Shown piece by piece: positions 1 through 6,807 of a DNA stretch of 62,781 bases (position 1 is the first letter of the stretch; each line of letters begins with the position of its first letter). The stretch is taken from positions 1 through 62,781 of the IMG/VR virus record IMGVR_UViG_3300017746_000009; one strand, given 5' to 3'. The DNA is from a virus. Position numbers and translations under genes: made by a program. Under the pieces are notes generated by a model. The model saw only the letters and a list, made by a program, of their open reading frames with translations. It had not been told where the DNA came from and ran no database searches.

Positions 1-123
1 GTGCTGACCGTATAGGACTAAATAAATAGTCAAGCAAAGCACCATATACAGGTATAGGTTCAGCCCATGCTGTATAAAACGTATAAGTAATACAATCATC
101 ATCTATCTCAAAGGTAGCATCAA
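1..123. repeat. Terminal overlap copy 1, identical to 62659-62781 (circular closure of an assembled phage genome, or a direct terminal repeat)
   Basis: Direct reading: the 123 nt gtgctgaccgtataggacta...ctcaaaggtagcatcaa occur at both ends of the window. Confidence 0.95.
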
Positions 124-484
124 TACTGTTCCATTTAGTACCCCAGTTGTCTATAGCCCAGTCATACCACCAAAGAAAGTTATGCTCTCTGACATACCTA
201 CTGAGAGTAAACTCATCTATACAGTTATCTTTTACCCACTCTGTAGAAGGATATTCTTGACCAGACTCTTCTAGTTTTTTCCTAGAGTAATAGTAATTCT
301 TACCTTCAACTTTTGGGTACTTGATAAATATTTGCTGAGTATCTGCTAACTCATCAGGCATTTTAATTAACGAGTTAAAATCAAAACAATTTTCAGTCGA
401 ATAGTTTCTAAGATGCTCTTTAATTTTACTTATGTTTTGTGAATCAGCGGTAATTGTTACCACGTTTTTGCAAAGATTTGCCAT
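1..484 (-). CDS. DUF1281/Api92-like protein, 5' part (161 codons). The ORF leaves the window at base 1 and continues in frame at 62781->62555 through the terminal overlap (about 195 aa in total)
   Basis: ATG at 484-482 follows GGAGAC. My translation is MANLCKNVVTITADSQNISKIKEHL...CFDFNSLIKMPDELA...FLWWYDWAIDNWGTKWNSIDATFEIDDD. I associate the FDFN..I.MP and NWGTKWN motifs with DUF1281/Api92-like proteins. Confidence 0.6.
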   Translation of the reverse strand, partial: MANLCKNVVTITADSQNISKIKEHLRNYSTENCFDFNSLIKMPDELADTQQIFIKYPKVEGKNYYYSRKKLEESGQEYPSTEWVKDNCIDEFTLSRYVREHNFLWWYDWAIDNWGTKWNSIDATFEIDDDCITYTFYTAWAEPIPVYGALLDYLFSPIRSA

Positions 485-538
485 ATGTGTCTCCTTTTAT
501 TAGTTATAAATAAGTATAAGTTTGATGTTAGTGTGTCC

Positions 539-1198
539 CTACTGATTATGTAAATCTTCAGCCCGTTGTCTTAATATTGCTATAATATTTAATATAGCGT
601 TTCTTCTTTTATGTTTATTAATCATCTTTACGTTGTTTTTACCGTAATAATACTCAGAACTTTTATGTCCAGAGCTTGCATGAAAAGTGCCATCACTATA
701 CCGAGCTTGAGGTATTTCTTCTAAACAGCTTCTAAGGTATGCCTCACTTTCATAGGTATATGGTGCAAGGTCGATAATTGCTGAAGGATTTTTAGCTTCA
801 ACAATATTAATATTACATTTGCCATAGTGTCCTTCATGCCATTTGTTCCCAGTATCAAAAGGAGCTACAGGAGTAGGTCTTTTACGATCATCTAATCTAA
901 CTAAGTTGCTGCATTGAGTACTACAATATAATGTTTGATTGCCTGTAAGTTCATTATCACAAACCACACATTTTAATTCTTTATTTTCCTCACGAAGTCT
1001 AGCTAATTCTTTATCTAGTTTATCTATACGATTTTTTCGATTTGCTTTACGTGCATTATATTTTGTCTCTTCTTCACGACATTTAGGTGCACAATATTTA
1101 CGTTTATGACCACGAAAGTTATCTCCGCACCATTCACACTCATACGGTCTATCGGCTTTATCTTCTAATAAGTGGTATTGTAATACGAAATTAACCAT
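539..1198 (-). CDS. Cys-rich hypothetical protein (two zinc-finger-like Cys clusters flanking a basic coiled coil)
   Basis: ECEWCGDNF..YCAPKC and CVVCDNEL..YCSTQC clusters are separated by KANRKNRIDKLDKELARLREENKELK. The ORF lies in the co-directional array. Confidence 0.6.
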   Translation of the reverse strand: MVNFVLQYHLLEDKADRPYECEWCGDNFRGHKRKYCAPKCREEETKYNARKANRKNRIDKLDKELARLREENKELKCVVCDNELTGNQTLYCSTQCSNLVRLDDRKRPTPVAPFDTGNKWHEGHYGKCNINIVEAKNPSAIIDLAPYTYESEAYLRSCLEEIPQARYSDGTFHASSGHKSSEYYYGKNNVKMINKHKRRNAILNIIAILRQRAEDLHNQ

Positions 1199-1200
1199 CG

Positions 1201-1300
1201 GCTCTCAGTGATAAATTAACTCTTTTATAAGGAGTATTACCTACTCCCGCATGACTCAGAGTGTCACACACATTTATCTCGATCTACGACACCTGAGAGC
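1201..1300 (-). promoter_or_regulatory. Structured leader upstream of ORF 539-1198. A long-range helix pairs 1201-1208 (gctctcag) with 1293-1300 (ctgagagc), with an internal hairpin ggagta-ttacc-tactcc at 1231-1247
   Basis: The complementary segments were read directly. The only purine-rich SD-like element (GAGAG) before the ATG at 1198 lies inside the long-range helix. The spacer is locally GC-richer than its surroundings. Confidence 0.3.
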
Positions 1301-1328
1301 ACGCACCGTTTCGGACGCCATGCCTAAT

Positions 1329-1595
1329 TTAATCTTCATACTTAATGTCATCTTTTAATGTGCCGTCTTTACTGACTATATAAGCATGAGCACCTTCGCT
1401 TTCTCTTTTAAACTCTCGTAAAAGAAAGTCTTGGTTAGCTTCAAAGTATTCACTTTTATCAAGAACTTCATGTTCTCCGTACATTTCTTTTTCAAGTAGA
1501 TACGCATGATACATATTATCTAAAAATATGTCGTAAGGTCTACGATCGTCTTTCCAAGAAAAATTATATTCTTCCATCATTTTTTTAATATCCAT
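1329..1595 (-). CDS. hypothetical protein (88 aa, acidic)
   Basis: ORF in the minus-strand array with AGGAGAAAATT before the ATG; no motif recognised. Confidence 0.65.
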   Translation of the reverse strand: MDIKKMMEEYNFSWKDDRRPYDIFLDNMYHAYLLEKEMYGEHEVLDKSEYFEANQDFLLREFKRESEGAHAYIVSKDGTLKDDIKYED

Positions 1596-1752
1596 AATTT
1601 TCTCCTAATAAAGTGGCGAAGGTTGGGTACGCAATTGCTTTTAGCCTTCATTAAGTGTGCGTGTAGCTACTATACCCTCACACACCACGTGTTTTTTTAC
1701 TACCCTAATATAGTAATTTAGAAGTAAAGTAGAGTAAAGTAGATTATTTACA

Positions 1753-2232
1753 TTAATTAGATTCTTCGTATTCGCCTTCTATCACCTTACCTGCAGGTAA
1801 AATGCCATCCGTTTGATAATACAATTCTTTCATTCTCTCCAGTACTTCTTCTTTTGACATCGTGTCAACCCTGTTCACAGTAAGTTCAGACCTTGTAACA
1901 TACAGACCTGCTGCTTTACCTCTCGCCACTTCAGCAGTTACCGCAGCAGACCACGCACCATTACGCACAGCACCTTCACGAATATCTTTTAAATCTTCTA
2001 AATGGTTTTTAAGAGTAAGAACAGCTTTATCTGCAGCTTTTGTTTGTAACTCATTAATTCTTTCTTGAACTACGGGGTTAGCTTTACTCGTAAGCACTGT
2101 ACCAGCACGGTCAGCGTTCTTTTCACTATAACCAGCTTGTTTTGCAGCTTCTGTTTTCTTCATACCCTTCGCTACGTTTTGGGCAAATTTTTCTTGTTTG
2201 GGTGTGAGTTTTTTACTCATTCCGTTCTCCAA
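1753..2232 (-). CDS. terS: terminase small subunit (Terminase_2-like HTH N-terminus)
   Basis: KLTPKQEKFAQNVAKGMKKTEAAKQAGYSEKNADRAGTVLTSKANPVVQERINEL resembles the conserved N-terminal DNA-binding segment of P27-type small terminases. A coiled-coil middle region follows. Confidence 0.7.
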   Translation of the reverse strand: MENGMSKKLTPKQEKFAQNVAKGMKKTEAAKQAGYSEKNADRAGTVLTSKANPVVQERINELQTKAADKAVLTLKNHLEDLKDIREGAVRNGAWSAAVTAEVARGKAAGLYVTRSELTVNRVDTMSKEEVLERMKELYYQTDGILPAGKVIEGEYEESN

Positions 2233-2447
2233 ACACGTAGCACATCAATACCTTCTTCATTAGTTTTACGAGTGGTAAACTGTTTATTATTTCTACGACT
2301 ATAGTTACAGATCGCTACTCTAAGTTTTTGAGCTTTTTCTGGATCGTAAAAAATAGTAAAGCTATCGCCTTCTTGCATTTTATGAAGATTGTATTTATTA
2401 TTTCTTGGTACTATTTCAGGTATAGGGACGTCCGTGTCAAACATCAA
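2217..2447 (-). CDS. hypothetical protein (76 aa)
   Basis: ORF overlapping its neighbours by 16 and 4 nt in the co-directional array; no motif recognised. Confidence 0.6.
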   Translation of the reverse strand: MMFDTDVPIPEIVPRNNKYNLHKMQEGDSFTIFYDPEKAQKLRVAICNYSRRNNKQFTTRKTNEEGIDVLRVWRTE

Positions 2448-2791
2448 TGTACACCCCCTATATTTTCAGTTGGGTCTTCAACTCTTGGGAAAGAAGCCCA
2501 TAAATGCATATCGCAATCAATAATAACGTCTTCACCTAACGTCATTAAATGCATACAGACCCTCATGTGTGGTTCGCATTTTTCACCTGCCTTGTGTTCA
2601 TGTACAAGTAGTGGTGATATTGGCCAAACAACCTCATCTAAACTTTCAAAACCTAATTGATGTATTTCTTTTTCTAAATGTTTACGTAAACTTTTTACAT
2701 CAACCCTTCGGTTAAAGCCGTGTTTCTTTGCAAGTTCATTTATAACTTCAAGATCAACAAACTTTATCATTCTAACATCTTCTCTAGACAT
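2444..2791 (-). CDS. hypothetical protein (115 aa)
   Basis: ORF with a 4-nt ATGA-type overlap to the downstream gene; no motif recognised. Confidence 0.65.
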   Translation of the reverse strand: MSREDVRMIKFVDLEVINELAKKHGFNRRVDVKSLRKHLEKEIHQLGFESLDEVVWPISPLLVHEHKAGEKCEPHMRVCMHLMTLGEDVIIDCDMHLWASFPRVEDPTENIGGVH

Positions 2792-2793
2792 AG

Positions 2794-3036
2794 TTACTCC
2801 TTCCAGTAATATTGTTCAATGGGGTCATCCCCATAAACGTGATTAGTATCATAACCCACAACTAAAATCCAGTCAGGGTTCTCCACATCGTCAACTAACA
2901 TACACCAAGCTTCTACATCATGCTTATTACCGCATTTAGTAGGTATGATATCTGTTGCTGCGATAACCTTTTCATCATTAGAACCATGGTACACGTACCA
3001 ATATGGCTCAACAACTTCAGCTTTTACATCTGTCAT
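2794..3036 (-). CDS. hypothetical protein (80 aa)
   Basis: ORF in the co-directional array with GGAGT before the ATG; no motif recognised. Confidence 0.6.
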   Translation of the reverse strand: MTDVKAEVVEPYWYVYHGSNDEKVIAATDIIPTKCGNKHDVEAWCMLVDDVENPDWILVVGYDTNHVYGDDPIEQYYWKE

Positions 3037-3107
3037 ATCGACTCCTTAATTTAAAACTATACTTTAGTTTACTTCTAAAACAAAATAAATATATGATCTT
3101 ATTATTG

Positions 3108-3506
3108 TTAAGTGTTTTTACACCTGTCTCGGAGCTCTGTAGAAGAAAAACTGTGCCTTCTTTTATTAAAGTAACATTTATCTTTAGAAAGTTCTTTACC
3201 TGTGAAATCAATATTTTTGTATTCTTCACCAATAATTCTAATGTCCCATGGATAACTGTCAAGTATATGAATAACATCTTCTTCTGTATCATAGACAAAA
3301 GTTTTATCAACAAACCTACAAGCATCGATTTGAATCTGTCTTTCTAAAATATTTTGCACAGGAGCATTTTTTTCAGGTCTGTCTATACTTGGGTCGGTTT
3401 GTATAAAAACTGTTAGATGATCACATGCATTATATGCTTCTTCTAACATCAATACATGACCTGCATGAAATAAATCAAAGGTTCCAAAAGTAATGCCTTT
3501 AATCAT
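3108..3506 (-). CDS. cytidylyltransferase-family nucleotidyltransferase (TagD / glycerol-3-phosphate cytidylyltransferase-like)
   Basis: GITFGTFDLFHAGHVLMLEEA carries the (H/T)xGH nucleotidyltransferase motif. The 132-aa size is typical of the family. Confidence 0.8.
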   Translation of the reverse strand: MIKGITFGTFDLFHAGHVLMLEEAYNACDHLTVFIQTDPSIDRPEKNAPVQNILERQIQIDACRFVDKTFVYDTEEDVIHILDSYPWDIRIIGEEYKNIDFTGKELSKDKCYFNKRRHSFSSTELRDRCKNT

Positions 3507-4218
3507 CTTTAGGAGCTTTTAACCAAAACACAAGTAAATATCTATCGCCTTCACCTACAGCTAGACCACGGTGCAGGTGCGTAAAACTAGGGAAAAATAA
3601 AGCGTGACCACGAGGTAGAGGGTCAACAGTACCACGATTAAAAAACTCTGTGCCACCGCCTTCATAGTCACCAGTATTTAATGGGACAACGACGCTTATA
3701 TCTGCACTTGCGTCATGATGCCAAGCTCCCTGTTTTTTATTCTCTAAATTGTAGTTTGCTATCTGTATACTACTGGCTGTTTCAGCAAACCTTTGCCAGA
3801 CTGACATAAAAATAGGGTTCATTATATTAAAAACCACGCCAAGCATCGAGTTATATAACTCAGGGCATCTTTCCGCTAAAACTATTTCAGGTATTTGCCT
3901 TAGTTCGTCTTCTTCAAGGTTCGGTGTAAAATCAAAATGTTTTTTCATATTTTCTATTTCATCTAACATCATGTCACAAAACTCTTCGGTAAACAAACCT
4001 ACAGAATATACGTCTTTACAATGTTCTTTTGGATAATTTTGTAGGATATTCTTAATACCTTCTTTGCCGTCGCTATCTGCAAATTTTTTTATAGGTTCTT
4101 TTGCGTCTTTAACTAAAGTAAGAGTAGTCTGGTTTAACATCCACTCAGCCCTAATCGTAAGTAAAAAGTTTTTAACTAAATACGGTGGGGTTGTAGGGCT
4201 ATCCATTATACGGTCCAC
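3499..4218 (-). CDS. 2OG-Fe(II) oxygenase superfamily protein (prolyl-hydroxylase-like)
   Basis: An HxD...H...R pattern is seen: WHHDASADISVVVPLN, GGGTEFF, FFPSFTHLHRGLAVGEGDRYLLVFW. Confidence 0.75.
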   Translation of the reverse strand: MDRIMDSPTTPPYLVKNFLLTIRAEWMLNQTTLTLVKDAKEPIKKFADSDGKEGIKNILQNYPKEHCKDVYSVGLFTEEFCDMMLDEIENMKKHFDFTPNLEEDELRQIPEIVLAERCPELYNSMLGVVFNIMNPIFMSVWQRFAETASSIQIANYNLENKKQGAWHHDASADISVVVPLNTGDYEGGGTEFFNRGTVDPLPRGHALFFPSFTHLHRGLAVGEGDRYLLVFWLKAPKDD

Positions 4219-4285
4219 CAGTTTTTCATAGGGTTATAGGGGGTTAGTACCTTTTTATAAAGAAAAAAGGTCCAAGGGGCTGCAT

Positions 4286-4888
4286 TTAAGTGATAATTTT
4301 TGCGTATCCACATTTTATATCGTATTTTATATCAGCTTGAGTCAAACCCATATATAATGTTTTATGGGTAAGGACAGATACTTTACTACCGTCATAATGT
4401 TCTTGACGTTTTTTATTTTTTTCTGATTTAGGTATTTTATCTGTTTTTAAAATCTTAGCGTCAGGGCTAAGTATTATGTTATCTCTTTCTTTAGTCACTA
4501 CTTTTTTTGGTTTAGGTTTAGATTTAGGTACAGTTGTATCCCCTAGTTTATGTTCTAAAAAGCTGTTTGAGTAGTCTTCTTCCTTAACTTCTCTAGCTAG
4601 TGGTAACAAAAGTTTCCACAATAATAAAAGCTCTTTCTTTTCACTAACTTTTTCACTGATATCTATTTTAGTTTTTTTACTTTTATTGTACAGATCGTGA
4701 AGCATAAGCATTTTATCTGGTGTTAGCCAAGGGGGACGACTAATATCACTAGGGTCTCTAAACACAGCTGAGCCACCTTTAAGTCTACCAACGTGATATG
4801 AATCTGTTCTGACAATGTTTTTGTAATTTACACCTTGCGGTGTGTCTGCTAAAAATACTATAGCATCTATTTTATTATAAGGTTCCAT
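4286..4888 (-). CDS. hypothetical protein with a Lys-rich linker and a C-terminal DIKYD..G motif shared with 59233-59457 and 61284-61592
   Basis: KSKPKPKKVVTKERD linker; the C-terminus is HYDGSKVSVLTHKTLYMGLTQADIKYDIKCGYAKIIT. Confidence 0.6.
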   Translation of the reverse strand: MEPYNKIDAIVFLADTPQGVNYKNIVRTDSYHVGRLKGGSAVFRDPSDISRPPWLTPDKMLMLHDLYNKSKKTKIDISEKVSEKKELLLLWKLLLPLAREVKEEDYSNSFLEHKLGDTTVPKSKPKPKKVVTKERDNIILSPDAKILKTDKIPKSEKNKKRQEHYDGSKVSVLTHKTLYMGLTQADIKYDIKCGYAKIIT

Positions 4889-4934
4889 AGTTTAAACTCT
4901 AATAAACATGTAAGTGTAAGTAAATGATTGGTCG

Positions 4935-4975
4935 AAAAAATGCCTGCTGGGTATCGAAACGGTCAACCCAGCAGG
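4935..4975 (-). terminator. Rho-independent terminator after the DUF932 gene
   Basis: A 10-bp perfect stem pairs cctgctgggt (4943-4952) with acccagcagg (4966-4975) around a 13-nt loop. On the minus strand it is followed by CA + TTTTTT (4935-4940). Confidence 0.7.
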
Positions 4976-4987
4976 ACTTTGAGGTAT

Positions 4988-6016
4988 CTATGCTACGTTT
5001 GCGTATTCAATAGCTTTGTCCACAGCTTTTTGTTTTAAGCTGGCACGACCACCAAACCATGCGTTATGTAGCGAAGCGTCACGGTCATAACCCCACTTAT
5101 GATCGACTACAAAAGTAACAGCATTCATAGCCCCCCACCAAGTACCTTTAGAGGATTTAAGGTTAGCTCCTGGTTGCTCTTCTAGAGCTTGGTGAACCAT
5201 AGACGGTATGCGTTTAAACTCATCAACCATTGACTGACGAGTAGCTATCGCACGTATGTCGCTCATTTTTTCTATCTCAGCTTGAGCAGTTAAAAGCTCT
5301 GGTTGAAATAAATCTGCTATGTAGTTAACTACGCTGTCAGAGTTATACTGTTTTGTACTGAGAAACTCAGCACTCTCCTTAAACTCATCCATTTTATTAC
5401 TAGCTAACCCTAGTGCTTCTTCTGCAGCAAAAAATACTTCTGTATCTAATGCTTTAGTATGAGGCATTTTAAAGGAGTTAGCAGTTTTAGTGCTAAGAGC
5501 CATAGTCAAAGTGTTATTACAAACCACACGTATAGGTGTGAACCTTATCTCATTAGATTTACCCCACTTATGCGAGATACTTACTAATAAGTAACCTAGT
5601 ACACGGTCATCTCCTGGAAGCGTAAAGTCTTCGCTAATATTAGCTAAACCCCACACCTGCTCGCCACCTTTTAGTGACCCAGCAGTTTCCATTTTCATAT
5701 GCCCTGCGTCAGTGAATTTTTTGAAAAACTCAAAAGCATCACCGTTTTGGCTAGGTATAAACCTCGGACCACACGGACCAAAGGTTTTGTTATCGCTATC
5801 ACGAACCAAGACAGAGTAGTTGTCTACTGCTACTAAATCATTAGAAGCGTTTATGTCTGGTTCAGCGTGAGTGAATAGTTGTCTTTTACTTACTGTCCAA
5901 TCAAGTCCAGCAGCAACAACCATCTCCTGCGGTGTGAGAGTATCGTCTACTTTTACACCGAGACCGTGCCAGGGAACTTCCCCAGCGTAAGCCATTGTTT
6001 CTACAGCATCTGCCAT
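4988..6016 (-). CDS. DUF932-family (phage/plasmid-like) protein
   Basis: The N-terminus MAYAGEVPWHGLGVKVDD..T..EM..AAGLDWTVSKRQLF and the roughly 340-aa length match my memory of DUF932 proteins. Confidence 0.6.
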   Translation of the reverse strand: MADAVETMAYAGEVPWHGLGVKVDDTLTPQEMVVAAGLDWTVSKRQLFTHAEPDINASNDLVAVDNYSVLVRDSDNKTFGPCGPRFIPSQNGDAFEFFKKFTDAGHMKMETAGSLKGGEQVWGLANISEDFTLPGDDRVLGYLLVSISHKWGKSNEIRFTPIRVVCNNTLTMALSTKTANSFKMPHTKALDTEVFFAAEEALGLASNKMDEFKESAEFLSTKQYNSDSVVNYIADLFQPELLTAQAEIEKMSDIRAIATRQSMVDEFKRIPSMVHQALEEQPGANLKSSKGTWWGAMNAVTFVVDHKWGYDRDASLHNAWFGGRASLKQKAVDKAIEYANVA

Positions 6017-6098
6017 ATTTATCTCCGTTATGTATTGGTTTAATTACCTAATACTGATATTAGTTTAAATTAACCACTAAAAGATAATAGTTATGTTG

Positions 6099-6497
6099 CT
6101 AAAGATTATTAACAACAAGGGCAAGCCAATCTTCAAACTTTATAACAGCAGTTTTTAAATTATTACCTTTATATAAAGTAGGGTTTAAGTAATACATCGG
6201 TACACATACTCTTATTGGTTGATGATTATATTTCCATATAAGTATAGGTGTTGTATCACCACACGACTTAATTACCTGCTCCCACCAAGAATCTTTATAC
6301 CAGTTGCCATCTGCGTACCTTTTACATTCAATAGTGTGTTTAGGTAGTTGTAGGTCTCCTTGATCTTTTACTTGGTATTGTTCTAAATTTCTTCTTACAG
6401 TTATATCAATATCTTCTTTTTCAAACAATGTATTCAAGTGTTTAGCAACTTCTCTTTCAAAAGATGCGCCTTTGTTTCTAGAATTTATTTTACCCAT
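6099..6497 (-). CDS. PD-(D/E)XK endonuclease, Holliday-junction-resolvase-like
   Basis: NKGASFEREVAKHL followed by GDLQL...IECK gives a D...E-x-K arrangement, as in Hjc/RecU-like resolvases. Confidence 0.5.
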   Translation of the reverse strand: MGKINSRNKGASFEREVAKHLNTLFEKEDIDITVRRNLEQYQVKDQGDLQLPKHTIECKRYADGNWYKDSWWEQVIKSCGDTTPILIWKYNHQPIRVCVPMYYLNPTLYKGNNLKTAVIKFEDWLALVVNNL

Positions 6498-6807
6498 GAA
6501 CGACTTTATTATTTTTTATTGTTCTAATGTTTTTTAGTTTGAGCCATTCTCTAAGTCTATAGTTTGCTGACTTTCTATCTTGTGTCTCATCAAGAAAACT
6601 TCTATAAACTTTGTTGTACTCAGCTAAACCTCTATAATAATCACCATTACCTAATTTACAAAAACGTATAATTTGCCAAACTCTTTGTTTTGTAATCCCA
6701 TACTGCATACCTATATCTTCTAAAGTTAGGTCAGTGTTGTTATATGTCATAAAGACATTAAAGTACAGCTTTTTTAAATCAGTTCTAGAGCTCATTGAAA
6801 TATTCAT
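6490..6807 (-). CDS. stand-alone sigma-70 region-4-like HTH protein
   Basis: LTLEDIGMQYGITKQRVWQIIRF closely resembles region 4.2 (TLEEIG..FGVTRERIRQIE). Regions 2 and 3 are absent. Confidence 0.5.
   Translation of the reverse strand: MNISMSSRTDLKKLYFNVFMTYNNTDLTLEDIGMQYGITKQRVWQIIRFCKLGNGDYYRGLAEYNKVYRSFLDETQDRKSANYRLREWLKLKNIRTIKNNKVVHG

Noticed and set aside
3003-3347. Plus-strand 114-aa ORF and minus-strand 102-aa ORF 3017-3325, overlapping the 3' end of the cytidylyltransferase gene
   Set aside because: They give low-complexity Leu/Ile/Phe/Lys translations typical of AT-rich off-frame reading. The cytidylyltransferase frame carries recognisable motifs through this region.
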